This document shows, in pieces, positions 36,710 to 49,970 of a stretch of 64,000 nucleotides of DNA. The position numbers were made by a program, and so were the translations under genes. The stretch's first letter is position 1. Each line of letters opens with the position of its first letter. The notes beneath the pieces were generated by a model, which searched no databases, had not been told where the DNA came from, and saw nothing but the letters and a program-made list of their open reading frames with translations. Origin of the DNA: Felis catus (taxonomy: Eukaryota); assembly GCF_018350175.1 (NCBI RefSeq), contig NC_058382.1:56112001-56176000 (forward strand), written 5' to 3'.

Positions 36710-37220
36710 TAATAACCAAAAATATTCTATAGTATACGTATTCATAACCAATCTGTCACAGCTATTAATTTAGAATATATCAAATTTCTGTGGTTATAAA
36801 TAATGCTGTCATGAACATGTCTGTTCAGTTATTTCCTTAGACTGAATTTCTAGGAGTGAAATTGCTGGTTTTATGTTGTACACATTTTACACCTTAACAA
36901 TATTGCCACAGTGCCCACCAAAGAGTCTACACCATTTTCCATTTCCGACCATGGACGCGACGGCCTGATTTTCTGCACTGTGGCCAGCCTTATGTGTTAT
37001 TGCTGCAAACGTTTGCCATTCTGTAGACAAAACATACGCTCTCATTGCTATTTTATTACTTGCTTTTATTTAATTAACCAGCATAGTTAAACTTTGTCAT
37101 ATGTTTGGTCCATATGACCAAAGCTTTTGACCATATTTATTTCTACTTCTTCAAACTGTAAACTCAATAATATTGGTGCACTTTTCCATTGAGTTGTTTG
37201 TTCTTTTCTTAATGGTTGTG
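36710..37220 (-). mobile_element. Ancient L1 (L1ME-like) fragment
   Basis: ataaataatgctgtcatgaacat...taggagtgaaattgctgg...tttgccattctgtag...ttttccattgagttgtttgttcttttctt. Confidence 0.75.
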
Positions 37221-37769
37221 CCAGAGTTTAAAATTTGACTTTCTAATGGGAAGGCTTTGGGATTGACTCTTCCAATTTATGAAAATTGGCTAAACCGTTC
37301 CTGCATTTGTTGCGAGTGCCTACGGTTTACAGTATTCCTTTAGCCAGTGATGTATTCAGTCAAGTGCTGTTGGACTTGAACCCACTCCTAAGTGCCCTGG
37401 ACACTTCTTACCACCCTACCTTTCATTGGATCTCATTTCATTTCTGTGATGTTTTCCTGCTTCTTCTAGATTTCAAGTTCATTTTGCTCATTGAAGAAAA
37501 ATAGTACGTAACAACGGTAGATACCCACTGCTTTTCGTCTGCCTCCCACGTGTCTCTTCTGGGCTGCATTCTCGTCGTTTTTTTGTACTTCGTTTTCAGC
37601 CTGAGCTTGTTAGATGGGTCTTTGTGCAATCACATCCGTGCAGATTTCTCACCCCAGAAGGCTCCCTTTAAATATGGTGAAGAGGCTACCCAACGACTTC
37701 CCTTTAATATGTAGAGAATAGCGCTTTAAATCTTGTGTCTGAAGATTCATCTTCACTAATGGCCTAGTG

Positions 37770-37972
37770 CAGAAGTCAGCAGACTTTTCTGTAAAGGGCT
37801 GGATAATATATATTTTCAGCCATGCTGGCCACACGGGCTGTGTTGTAACTAAGCACAGAGACAGCCATGGACAATAGGGAAAACACCTGCCTGGCTGCGT
37901 TCCAGTGAAATTTTACTTATAAAACAGGCAGAGATTCAGTGTGGTACATGGGTGATCGTTTGCCCACTGCTG
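37770..37972 (+). mobile_element. hAT-Charlie MITE, MER58A-like
   Basis: cagaagtcagcagacttttctgtaaagggc...ggctgcgttccagtgaaattttactta...gtttgcccactgctg. Confidence 0.82.
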
Positions 37973-40900
37973 GTCTAAATAAGAGAAAAGAATGGTAAAG
38001 GGAGTGAGGTGGGAGAATACATTTTAGCTCATTACTCCCTAAGGGCAAAGTGCCTTCAACATTACCAGCCTATGGACTTGATTAGGTGGAGAATTCCCTG
38101 GAGGACTGCCTTTCCTCCCTGCCATCCCCCCTCCCCCACAGCCCTAAGAGAATCCAGCCTGGAGGGAAGGACCCAGGCAGAAAACACCTGGGGAGAGGAA
38201 GAAAAGAAAGGGAGAAGCATGTCCAAATGGGACACCAGCCACTCACCACACTCCAAAGCTAAGGGTGGCTTGAAGCATGATGAAAGCCTACTCCGGGGGG
38301 TGCAAAATACGGGAAGCCATGGTGTTCTGGTCCCTGGATTGCATTTCTGAATCTCACCAGTTTTCTTTTGACTCAATATTAATCCGGAAAGCTATTGTTT
38401 TAGCTGAAAGGGCTGTGTGTCAGGTATTTATTTCACTTGATAATATTGATGGGATTTGTTTGTTTTTATTTTTGTCTCTTTGGTTAGCCACCTAAGGCAT
38501 TATTTTTCTGAGACCCAAGCTCCATAACGACCTTTTGTAAAACAACACATGTGCACTCCGAAGGCCCTGCCTGTCTCCTCTCACGGCCTTGTCATGGAAA
38601 GAGAAATCAGGCCACCGCCTCATTACAGCCTGCCTTCCTTGTAAGCTTTGTGTCATCTACAATAATAAAGGGAAAACGTTTAATCTGGCCGTGGCAGGGA
38701 CTGCTGGTAAGAAAGAGGACTGGGGGGTCATGGGACCCACGTGACTGATCACATCCCTCCTTCTCTGTATGTCTCAGTGTCCTTCTCTGTCAAGTGAGGG
38801 GTTTGGACTAGAAATAGAACGATACGTGCGTGGCAGGTGTCCCGTCGCTCTGTCCTCACTGCCTCTGTCAGGCATTGCTGCACAATCTCTGTGTTCTTCC
38901 TGGTCCCCTGGAGAGAAAGCCTTCCTGATGCAGGCCTGCTGGACTGGCTGTTCCCACCCCATCAGGGGATGGTCTTGAAGGCTCCTGTGCCATTGAAGTT
39001 TGTGATTCTTAGCCCACATGGAACTCAGACTTGTTCTATGCGGTTATTCGCTGCCATGGTCAGCGGCAGTGCTGAAACATCATCCTTGTAGCTGCCCCCT
39101 AAGTGTAATTAAGCCCCTTGAAATGTAAACTCTGCCCAATGAATGGACGTTTGCAATTCACCTCTGGGTTTTAGGGGCAATAGTTTTTCATTTTCTGTCT
39201 TAGGACCTGTTATGAAGTGACTGTCTTGAGCAAGCCGAGGAAATGGAGGCTACTGTCCATTCACCCGACTCTGTTTGTGTTTCATCGCCTGGGATGTTTT
39301 AAGATCCTGTGCCTTCAATAGATTTCCTGAGCTAATAGTTTGTCTTATTTACTTGGCTAGGCTATAATCGTTGCTGCGGCTGACCATTTTGATAAGCGAC
39401 TTGTGAGAAACATTCTCACATGAATGAGAGTCGCTCTTTAGGTGGTTCTCCTTAACCTGTTTTCAATCACAGAAAATAATTCCCTGGAAAATCTTTTCTT
39501 TGATTCAAAAAATACCCCTTAAATATTTAAATACCATCATCTTTTCAATCCTGAATAATGTTGAATTGATTTATACATGAGATTAACCATAGCACCCTTG
39601 ATTAGGGAAACTTGTGCTTGATCTGTCTATCCATCTCTCTCTCTGTCTCTCCCTCTCCCTCCCTCTCTGTCTCTCTGTCTCTGTCTCTCTTTCTATGTGT
39701 TCTGCTGGCTTCATAAATGAATTCGGGTAACTCACTTCCAGTGGAGCAGAGTGGAGAAAAACATACACGTAGGAGATTAGGATAGAGTTGGGGGAAGGCT
39801 GGCACCCATTCTGTTTCTCACGTACAGACACTAGAGATGGTCTGTAAATATGGAAACTTGTTAACAAAGTGAAGAGCAAGATTTTGCCAGGTCTTTGGTT
39901 CACAGTATCAAGCATTGCTCAAATCATGCTGCTCTTTCTTTGGTATTGAGACCTACCAGACTTTTCTACTATGGGTTCTGACACAGGAGGCACACGTGAT
40001 AAAGTTGCCTCTGTCTGTATTACATTTAAACATTGCTTTAGACAAAGCAAACAAAAAATCTGCTGTGTCTTTTTTTTTTTTTTTTTCAGTTCTAGAACGC
40101 ATGCATCTAAAAGGGCATGATGGATTTAGGGTTTTTAGAAGGAAGCCTATTCACAGAGAGGGTCATTCAAGAAAGTGAAGGCCTTTCTTTGGAAGTGCAA
40201 TGGGTCACAGATCTCCATAGGAAATGTATTTATAATATCAATGCGGTTTGGGATATTGCTTCCCAGTGCTTTGTTTTTTAATATCTTAACACCCCACAGA
40301 CTCAGTGCTGTACCTGATTAAGCTGGATCCAACATACAAAGCAGTAGCATCTCAATGCGTTTCTGATAAGTCACCTGGTCTTGATGATTCTGAGACACTG
40401 ATCACTGAATGCTGGTTCTGGGCACAGGGATCCGCTTCCAGAATCTTCATGCAGGTTGATAAAGAAGGATCCCAGATGAGCCTGGGTAATGAATGACCTG
40501 GCAGCCTGGTCTAGAAAGGATGCTCAGAGCAGGAGATCTTGACTAAGAGCCGCCCATGGCTGCAATTGTCTGGGACACACATTTACACCAGTTGGGAAGC
40601 CCCAGAACCTTCAGTGAGGAGTAGGAATTTGGTCTCTTGCCACCACTGCCAGTCTCAGTTTCTTGGAAAGGCCAGGGACTTCGTGAGCATCTCAAGACCC
40701 TTTCTTTACTGTTCCTTTGCTAGAGCTGAAAATATAACCGAGGTGGGCCCTCTGAGGTCAGTTCTCCTGCCTCAGTGGAATCTGAGTTCTCGGCCATAGA
40801 GTCCTCATAGATGTAATTGCCCTTCACAGCGAGTAAAATAAAGTGACGTTTATAAGCTATCCTTGCATTTATTGCCCTACTCAGTCTTCACAGAAACTAT

Positions 40901-41904
40901 AAATCTGGCAGGCCCAAGGGTCTTATCTCCGTTTGGAGGTAGGTACCTGGATGGAGCCCAGAAGATTTAGAGGACTGTGATGTCAAGTCACAGAGGAGGG
41001 CTTTTCATAGCTTGTTTCTGTTGTTATTATTTGATTTCTGTAGTATCTTGGGACTCACTTCACACTTCCCCAGCCCCCAGAGGAGTAGCATCTAGTGTGG
41101 CTTTCCCTGAACCCCATCCCTATCAGAGGCTCTGGGTGAAATGAGTTGCCTGCTGGAAATTATTGGGAAAATCTGTGTTATTGGGAAAATCACCTCACTC
41201 TTGGAGACTCTTAACTTCCTGCGTATTGAACAGGTCCTCCAAAAAGAAGCAGGTTTTGTGGCACTCAGCATTTCCCGAAACCTTTTAGTTTTTAACCTCA
41301 TGATGCATTTAGAGGAGAGGATAAAGAATACACTTCGGGAAATTCTGTTCCAGAGCCATGGGTACCTCGCTAAGGCTAAGACTCGAGGACTGTCCTTCCT
41401 TCATCCTAGATTCCCCTGTATTGAGTATAGTAAGAACTCAACACATTGTTGAAGATATTAAATTTCATTGGTCTAAGGCCTTGGAATTGTCCACAGTACA
41501 CCGTGTCTCAAGTAGACCGCTCCATTGTGTCTCTACCTGTCGATGCACTTGTCCAACACTTATTATCATTTTTGGATCAGAAAATACCATCCTAGTAGAA
41601 CAAAGAATGGTCCATGCTACAGAGAAGTGTGTTGTGGGTTGTGAATTCCTGTGATCATGGCATTGAGCAGACTGTGGCTTATACTTTATCTCATGGCCCT
41701 GACTTGAGGAATAGACCACACTTTAGATTCCCATATGATCCAGCAAAATAGCGACCTATTCAAGAATGAAGTGATTTAGAAATCCCACACCCCTCTCATG
41801 AGTCAGCAAGAGTGAGTCCTGCATGTATGAGTGCTTCTTAAAGCTTTACTCTAACCTCAGAAAGTCCTTAATCATACAGATGAGGACAGTAAGGCTCAAG
41901 GAAC

Positions 41905-42130
41905 CCTGCCGTCACTCTGGACAGTTTTGACTCCTCATCATAACTCCCACTCAGAACTCTGTGATCTTGTGCAAGTTAAGTAACCTTTCTGGGCTTCTGT
42001 TTCCACACCTGTGAAACCGGGATGATGATATTACTTCCTGCTAACATTGTCATGAAGAATAAAGGAGTCAACACACATAAAGTGCTTAGAACCAGGTACT
42101 GAAAGCACTTGATAAGAATGAGCTATTATT
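41905..42130 (+). mobile_element. MIR SINE
   Basis: tgtgatcttgtgcaagttaagtaacctttctgggcttctgtttcc...taaagtgcttagaac. Confidence 0.82.
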
Positions 42131-43356
42131 TAATATATACAATTTTCTCACACCTACACAGCACATATGCACACACACACACACAGCCTAGCCTCACTCA
42201 GCTTATTCAGCAAGACTGTTCCAGGTGACATTTAACTATTTCCAAAGATCAACTCCACTTTCCATGAACAACAATTTTCCTTCATAAAGCTTATTGGGGG
42301 TGTTGTGTTGCCTCCTCTGAACACAGTTCTCATAAGAGGAAACCAAAAAAAAAAAAAAATTGGCAAATAAATCTGGTTAGAGTAAGTGAGCCACATCACT
42401 TGATGTCTACTTTGAAGGAGAAAATAGTCATTTCAGTTTGCAAATTATTGTCTCTTTACTTCATTACATACCAGAAGGGAGTTTGGGATGAGAGGTCTAG
42501 AAAGTATAACAAAACCACTACAAATTATTCTGTAGCATTTAGCATTTAATTTAAAATAACCAGGAAAACAACTAATTGAAATGCTCAGTGTGACTTTTTT
42601 TTTTTTTCATGCAACAGTATCTTGACTGAGTTTTCCAAATTACTGAAAGCATTCAGGCATTTCTGGGAATTTGGACCTAGTAACCCTTTAGCTCTTTTTA
42701 TTTGGAATTCTGACATTTTTTCACTAGCGTCAAATACAATAATTAGTTTTCACAGATATTGAGATTGTTAGAGTAATTGCTAAACACATTTCCACATTTG
42801 GCCCTCCAAGACAAAGTTTGTAAGATTTGTGAGCTGTGAACAGTAACTTTACTTGGCCTGACAATTGTCTGAGAGATGCATCCTCAGTGAATGAGAGAGG
42901 GAAACCAGTGAAATGAGACGTCAGAGTCATTGCAATTTGAATTGTGGACAACCGTAATCCCTGAGTTCTGTGTAAATTAGTCGTCATAGATTGAAAACAA
43001 ACAAACTCGAAGAGATAAACCTCACACTCACTACAGCCAATTAGATATTCAAAGGAAAATTCTCAGTTTTTAATATGTGACAAAATCACATAAATACGTA
43101 TGTGTTGGCATCAGCAGTTTTGACAGATGTGGCTTAAAAATAGGAGAAATGCACAAACAGATACAGGCAATTCTAATGTGGCCTAAGCCAATAGCGAGAA
43201 GTATTAACAGCATGCCAAGTCTTTGCTCCAAAGAGAAGTGACTGCCATGTAAACAGAGTTGGAGTGTAGACGGAGTCAAGTAATGAGCTTCTAATAACTG
43301 GAAATGTACAAATGTAGTTAATTTATGATAAAGTGCAAATTTTCTCTGTGGGTAAT

Positions 43357-43517
43357 TGCTATGGATTAAACGTTTGCATCTCCTCAAAATTCATTTGTGC
43401 AAACTCTCATCCCCAGTATGATTGTATTTGGAGATATGGCCTTTGGGAGGTAATTAGGTCGTGGGGGTGGAGCCTTCACGATGGGATTAGTGCCCTTAGA
43501 AGAAAAGACACAGAGAA
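43357..43517 (+). mobile_element. MaLR LTR 5' half (MLT1A-like)
   Basis: tgctatggattaaacgtttg...cctttgggaggtaattaggtc...gatgggattagtgccctta. Confidence 0.85.
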
Positions 43518-43873
43518 AATGAGGAAGGACAGCCATCAGGCCAGTGTGTAGGTCTGATCCTGGGTCCGAGAGAAGGGAAGGAGGGCAGACTGAGTGGATG
43601 TATCTGAGACTGTCAGGCAGTTCTGAGGAAATTCAGCGATGCTGTCAGGGAATCCTTGAGCCCAAACCGGCCATCCCAGGAGTCATGAGTGCCTCGGGAA
43701 TGGTGCTGCCTTGGTATCCTTTTTGTGTTCAGTAACTGGATGGGAGTAGCATGTGAATGTGCGGCCTTGGTAAGAAATGTGGCACTGGGTTTTGGTTTAT
43801 AACTTCTGGGTTTGTTGTTGTAAATACTCCCTTTAGTTAGAAATCTGAGAAGTGCATCTTCATGGCTACCACA
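43518..43873 (-). mobile_element. ERVL solo LTR fragment (LTR41-like)
   Basis: gcagttctgaggaaattcagc...gggaatccttgagcccaaa...gtgcatcttcatggctaccaca. Confidence 0.6.
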
Positions 43874-43904
43874 GAGGTGTATACAAAATTTTAGCTCAAT
43901 GAAT

Positions 43905-44275
43905 GAAGAAGGAAGGAAGGAAGGAAGGAAGGAAGGAAGGAAGGAAGGAAGGGAGGAAGGGAGGATGGAAAGAAGGAAGGAAGGAAAGAAGGAAGAAGGG
44001 AGGAAGGAAGGAAGGAAGGAAGGAGGAAGGGAGGGAGGGAATGAGGGAAAGAAGGGAGGAAGGGAAAAAGGAAGGAAAGAAGAAGGGAAGGAGAGAGGGA
44101 AGGAAGGGAGGAAGGAAGGAAGGAAAGTTGATGGGAGGAAGGAAGGAAGGTTGAGAGGAAGGAAGGAAGGAATGAAGGAAAGGAAAAAGGAAGGAAGGAG
44201 GGAGGGAGGGAAGAAGGAAGGAAGGAAGGAAGGAAGGAAGGAAGGAAGGAAGGAAGGAAAGAAGGAAGGAAGAAA
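43905..44275 (+). repeat. (GGAA)n-based polypurine tract, about 370 bp
   Basis: Read directly: no C and only 8 T on the plus strand. Confidence 0.98.
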
Positions 44276-44334
44276 TTACTAACTCATATTTATGTACCTG
44301 CCTATTCCTCCAGGTTTATAGCCTCACTTTTGTC

Positions 44335-44580
44335 TCTATTAGCTATTTTTTTATTGAGCATCTATTTTGTGCAAAGTAATTTACGTGTAATGCCTCATTT
44401 GATTCTCATAGAAACTCAAGGTACCATTATTATCCATCTCCATTTCATAGATGAGGACAATGAGGTTCCAAATAGGTTATGTAATTTTCCCAAGCTCAGA
44501 AGCGACCAAGTGGAAGCTCTCTGTTTTATAAAGTTTATACTTAAACTTACACCCTTAGCTGTTAATGCTCTGTGTTATTA
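44335..44580 (-). mobile_element. MIR SINE
   Basis: ttattgagcatctattttgtgc...ctccatttcatagatgaggacaatgaggttc. Confidence 0.82.
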
Positions 44581-44845
44581 ATGTCTAGTGAATACAGGTA
44601 CAGAGAGGTGCACTGCCCCGTAGAGGAAGCTTCTGAAAATAGCAAGGAACAGGGGCATAGGAATGCATCCCAGACTTAGGCAGGTAACGAAGATATTCAT
44701 CCATGAACGTGTAGCGATCATTCCTTCATTCTTCCATTCGTCATTGGACATCTATTCATTTGTTCATCGACTCAGCGAACATTTATCAAATGCCTTTACA
44801 TGGGCTGAGTTTTAGTCTTTAAGTCCTTGGGGCACTCACTGTCCA

Positions 44846-45169
44846 CACTGTCCAGTACAGTAAGCAACATGGGGCTATTAAGCATCTGAAGTGTTGGTGG
44901 CCAAACTGAGACGTGCTGTGAGTATAGAATATATATGGGGTTAGTAATGGGAAAAAATTATAAAAGCAATCTCATGAACACTTTTTATATTACATATTGA
45001 AATGGTTATTTTGGGTTATGGAAAGTTAAGTAAAATATATTTTTAAAATGCATTTTAAAACTATTTTTAAAATTGATCCCACCTGTTACTTTTTCCTTTT
45101 TTTTTTTTCATGTAGCCACTAGACAATTAAAAATGCACCTGTGGCTCATAATTACCTGTCATAGTGCTA
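44846..45169 (-). mobile_element. hAT-Charlie MITE, MER33-like
   Basis: cactgtccagtacagta...aactgagacgtgctgtgagtatag...atgtagccactagacaattaaaaat. Confidence 0.78.
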
Positions 45170-46336
45170 GTCTACTGAATGGTAAATACAAGCATTTCAA
45201 TAGTACAGAGCAAGGGCCAATAGACTGCGGGGTGTATCTACACAATGGGCCATTTGAACTGGTCCTTGACGAAGGAGTTGGATTTCACCCAAGGGATGGA
45301 TACCTGTGAGAATGGCATTCCAAGTGGGTAACACGGCACAGACAAAAATGTGGAAAAGTTGCATCCAGTGATTTAGGGTTAGGATTCTGCATAAGGCTGG
45401 GTTCTCTGGGAAGCAGATTCTGAGCTGGAGTTTAGCATATTTATTTATTAAAGCTCTTGTTTATTAAAATGTGCCCTTGGCTTCAACCAGTATTTGAATA
45501 TGGGCTGCCTGAAGAAGGGGCAACACCTTGGGTCAAGTGCCTCTCTGCTGCTGATGTGCAGGAAATCCCTGATGGGACCAAAACATGAAGATCTGTCCAC
45601 AGAGGCCATGCCCATCAGCTGGGGTAGCAAGACCTTCCTTGTGAGCCAAGCTGGGTGGCATATCACTGTGTTCCCTTCAGTTGTCTAGAAAATAGAGGAC
45701 AGAGTACTCCACGAAGTGACTCCTTCCTTACTCCATGCTCAGGGCACAGGGTCTCACATTAGCTGAGTGGGTGGGAAGAGGATCAAGTCTCTCTGACGTC
45801 AGGTGGGCACTTTGGAGTTTGTATGAATTACAACCAAGGCAGTGGTGAATTTGTATGTGTAATGCATTTACCCATGGCCCCTAGAGTACACTAGAAGACA
45901 ATTTCTTGGTGTTTAAAAGATTATCCTTTTAATAATTCATTGATCTTAACAACACAATACATCAATGGTTTACACCAAAGCCATGTTTTATCTGCAATGC
46001 ACTTCTAAATTGAAAGGTACCATAAAATAGCACTTAACTTTCGGAATCCTTATGTTATCTAAAGCTCAGTTTCATATTTATTTGATGATAACGAATATCC
46101 TGTCTACTTTATTATCCAGTGCAAGCTCTAATTTAAGAGCTCAGGAATAAATGAGGCAATGCCTGCAGGTGGGTGGCCTGTGGGTGTGCGCGTGCGCGTA
46201 TGTGTGTGTGTCCTAGAGTATGTATGCAAGGTTGACCTTATAAGTTTACTCACAGCGGTTTTGCATCAAACGACACTCATAAAGTGAAACACATTTGCAT
46301 TCTTGTCTCAACTGACCCATTTGGTGTGAATGCATT

Positions 46337-46548
46337 TAAATTTTTTTTTAACGTTTATTTATTTTTGAGAGACAGAGACAGAGCACGAGCTGGGGAGGGG
46401 CAGAGAGCGAGGCACACAGAATTTGAAGCAGGCTCCAGGCTCTGAGCTCTCAGCACACAGCCTGATACGGGCCTCGAACTCACAACCTGTAAGATCACGA
46501 CCTGAGCTGAAGTTGGATGTTTAACCAGCTGAGCCATCCTGGCGCCCC
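46337..46548 (-). mobile_element. Can-SINE (SINEC_Fc)
   Basis: Perfect TSD ttggtgtgaatgcatt at 46321-46336 and 46549-46564. Confidence 0.97.
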
Positions 46549-46559
46549 TTGGTGTGAAT

Positions 46560-47508
46560 GCATTCAAAAAAATACTGTTTCTCCATTCTTAACACTTCTG
46601 ACACCAAATATGTGGCATTTCCACACCAAGCAATTTCCCGACTCTCTGAACACCAACTGGGTGTCCTACAATTTAATTCAGTCCCAACACTAACTACCCA
46701 GAGTGAGAGCAGATCCCACATGTTAGGGCTGAGGCCCACAAGACCACACTTCAGATGCCAGTTACAAGCCGTGGGTCCCCTGGTTGCCCATCTTTCTGTC
46801 TGACTTGTCTATAAATTGAAGAAGGGTTCTCATGACCCCTGCCCCAGGTTTGATAATTTTCTAGAGGGGCTCACAGAACTCAGGGAAACACTTTACTTAC
46901 ATTTACTGGTTTATTATGGAGGATATTCTGAAGGATACAGACGAAGAACCAGATGAAGAGGTACATAGGGTGAGGTGTGGAAGAGTCCCAAACACAGGGT
47001 CTTCTGTCCTTGTGAAGTTGGGATGTACCACCCTCCTGGCACATGGGTTTGTTCACCAACCCAGGAGCTCTCTAACCCCTGTGCTTTAGGGATTTTTATG
47101 GAGGCTTCATCATATAGGTATGATCAATTTTTATTAACTCAATGTCCAGTCCCTCTCCTCTCCCTAGAGGGCTGTAAGTTCTAAGCTCCTAATCATGGTC
47201 GTTCTGGTTCCCACCTTCCATGCTGAGGCCATCCACAAGCCCACCTGGAGTCACCTCATTAGAACCAAAGATGCTCCCGTCTCCCGGGACACTCCAAGGG
47301 AATAGAAGCTGTGGGTGAGCACATCAGAGCTGAAGATCAAACAGTAGAACAGCAGATACTCCTAGCACCTCCGTGGTTTAGGAAATTAACAAGGGTTTTA
47401 ACAACTGTAGATTAGCACCTCCGTGGTTTAGGAAATTAACAAGGGTTTTAGCAACTGTAGATTAGGAACCAGGGCAGACACCAAATATATATTTCTTATT
47501 ATGTCACA
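46560..47508 (-). mobile_element. MER21-type solo LTR
   Basis: acacttctgacaccaaat...gggtgtcctacaatttaattc...ggctcacagaactcagggaaacactttact...atatatatttcttattatgtcaca. Confidence 0.88.
47363..47462. repeat. 50-bp direct tandem duplication (2 copies, 1 mismatch)
   Basis: tagcacctccgtggtttaggaaattaacaagggtttta(a/g)caactgtagat at 47363-47412 and 47413-47462. Confidence 0.98.
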
Positions 47509-49769
47509 GCATTCCTTTAACAACATGGGTGTGGACCTACAATCTGCTCTTCTGACAAAAACAAAGGGGATTGTTGTTTTCAGCATAACTAGAATTGGAA
47601 GTAGCCAGATTTCTCTTTCCTTTCACTTGTTCTTCTTGGTCCCACTATTTCCTGGCACCTGGCATTCTGGGTGATGGATGTGTGTACAAGTGATTCTGAG
47701 GGCAGAACAGTCACCAGTGTCCCCCACTGACTAAGAAGGAAGGTGGAAACCTGTGTATATGGTCAGTGTGGCCGCCTCTCCCTGCCTCTACTGCCCCATC
47801 CTGCTGTGCTCTCTCTTACTCTCTGTGGCCCAGAAGCGTGGCCCTGCCTCCATGTCCCCAAACAGGCCATGATCTATCCCAGCCCAGTGCCTTTGCACCT
47901 GCAATTAATTCTGCCAGGAATGTTTTTCTTTGCCTTTCAGGTCACAAATTTCTACCTGTTCCTCTGTTGAATTGCTAGTGCCACCAGAAAAAGCCTTGTC
48001 TGATGCGCGGATCAGGTCTGAAGGTCACAGGTCCCACAGCACTGCCCTTTCTCACGGCACCCCCCCACCCTCTCACCAGTGTCTGTCCCCAGGAGGGCAG
48101 AGCCACACTTGTCCAAAACGTAGCTGAGTGCTTGCCACATAGAAAATACGACTATGTGACTGACCATAAGAATAAACGAAATACCACCGACAGGCCAGAC
48201 AGAATAAACTCTGGAGTTGGGTTTTACTTGGATGTTGATGATCTTTACTGCAAGAATTTCAGCAAATTGGTGAGGCCACAAGGCAGCCTGCCCGGGCTCG
48301 TGGAACACAGGGACGGTGATATAGAGAAGACAGGGAGTGAATTCTATCAGAAAACCTGGGGAAGCTAAGAGATAGGGAAATAACTTCAGAGGCAGGTAGA
48401 ATTGAAAAGAGTATTTTTATTTTTTTTTTTCAGTTTCCCAGAATAAATAAGCTTTAAACATGTTTGTACACTGCCAGGAAGTAGCCAGTTGAGAGGATGT
48501 GATTGAAGACGCAAGAAAAAGAGAAGGTAATTGATGGGGCGACGTCCCCGAGGAGACGTGAGGGATGAAATCAACAGTGTGGGTCAAGAGGTGAGGCTGG
48601 GAGAGGCCAGCGCCGAGGCAGGTGATATTTCTGCCCAGCCTTTCAGCTTTTGTGCGGAAGAGTGAGGAAAGCATCAATCACTTCCTTTCTAGCTGGGTAA
48701 ATGCCAAGAAATTCTACGGCAGAAACTTCCCCAGGCAGGAGGCTCGGAATTAATTGTGAGGATTAAGCATAAACCAAAAGGAGCAGGCAAGCCCTAAGCA
48801 CTAAATCCCAGGAATAGGGCCCTTTCAGATCAAGAAAATGCATCTGAGAATGGTCTGGCAGCCCAGGATGCTGAGAGAAATCTCGAGGTACCGGCAGATC
48901 ACATCAATGCCCCCTCATAAGATTGTTTCACATGGGCCAAAATGTACATTGATTTTTTTTTTTTTCTGTGATTACACTTTCAGAAAGAGAACATGATCTT
49001 TGGAATCTGTTTGGGGAATAAAAATGCCTGTGCAGGAAGAAAGGATATTTTTTGACCTTCTGCTGGCATTGTCTTGTTCTTGTCACAGCTTGTTTGTGAG
49101 CAGTGCAAGGGCCCCAAACCAGGAATATCCTTGCAGCCTTTCAAATATGATTTACCTGATTAACAAAATATTGGTGGAATAGAGAGGGTTTGCCTGAGGG
49201 TGTGTGTGTGTGTGTGTGTGTGTGCACAAAATGAGGTTCTTGGGTAGTCAGGGAGTGGGGGTGAGGGCAAACTGACCTTGTGTTTTATCTAGGACAATGG
49301 TAATGGGCTGAGGTTGCAGGGAAAAATAAAATACAAATATTTGGTGAGCAGACAAATACATGGGTAAATACAAGAATGAATGGATCAAAGAAGGAATGAA
49401 ACTACTCACTGCTCTGTGGGCTCTAGAAGGGTTTCCTCCCCAAAGATAGTACTTAAATATCATTACATCATGAATAAATGAATAACAATCAGCAGCCAAC
49501 AAATATTTATTGGATTATATGAGTCAATTTCTTAGAAACACTTAACATAGACTTTTGCATGTATGATGTGCAATTTGAGTGCTAACCAGATAAAACGGAC
49601 ATCAGATATATACCAAGCCAATTGCTTGGATATTATTCAGAGTAAGACAGACACAGGCCCTGCCCTCATGGAATACAGAATCCAATGGATGGCTTCACTG
49701 AACTTGTAGGACATCATTTCCACCCCTTCCGTCTGCACAACAGATTTTCTGTATCTACACCTTCCATAT

Positions 49770-49970
49770 ACATGACTCATAATCCTCCTGGAAAAATCTG
49801 AGCGGTGTTAGCGACCTCATTTTCAAATCTCAGGGATCTGAGCTAGATCTCTGCAATTTCCTCCAGTGACTTGCCCAAGGTCACACAGCTATTAGGTGGC
49901 AGAGCTAAGAATTCACACACAAATCTGTCTGATTCCCAACCTTGGGCCATTTTCCTTTATCATACTGCCT
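49770..49970 (-). mobile_element. MIR SINE
   Basis: agtgacttgcccaaggtcacacagctattaggtggcagagc. Confidence 0.8.

Noticed and set aside
43899..44282. 127-aa R/K/E/G-rich ORF
   Set aside because: It is a translation of the (GGAA)n tract, which cannot easily contain stop codons.
47363..47462. Possible CRISPR-like or functional repeat array
   Set aside because: Only two abutting copies with no spacers, in a mammalian LTR context.
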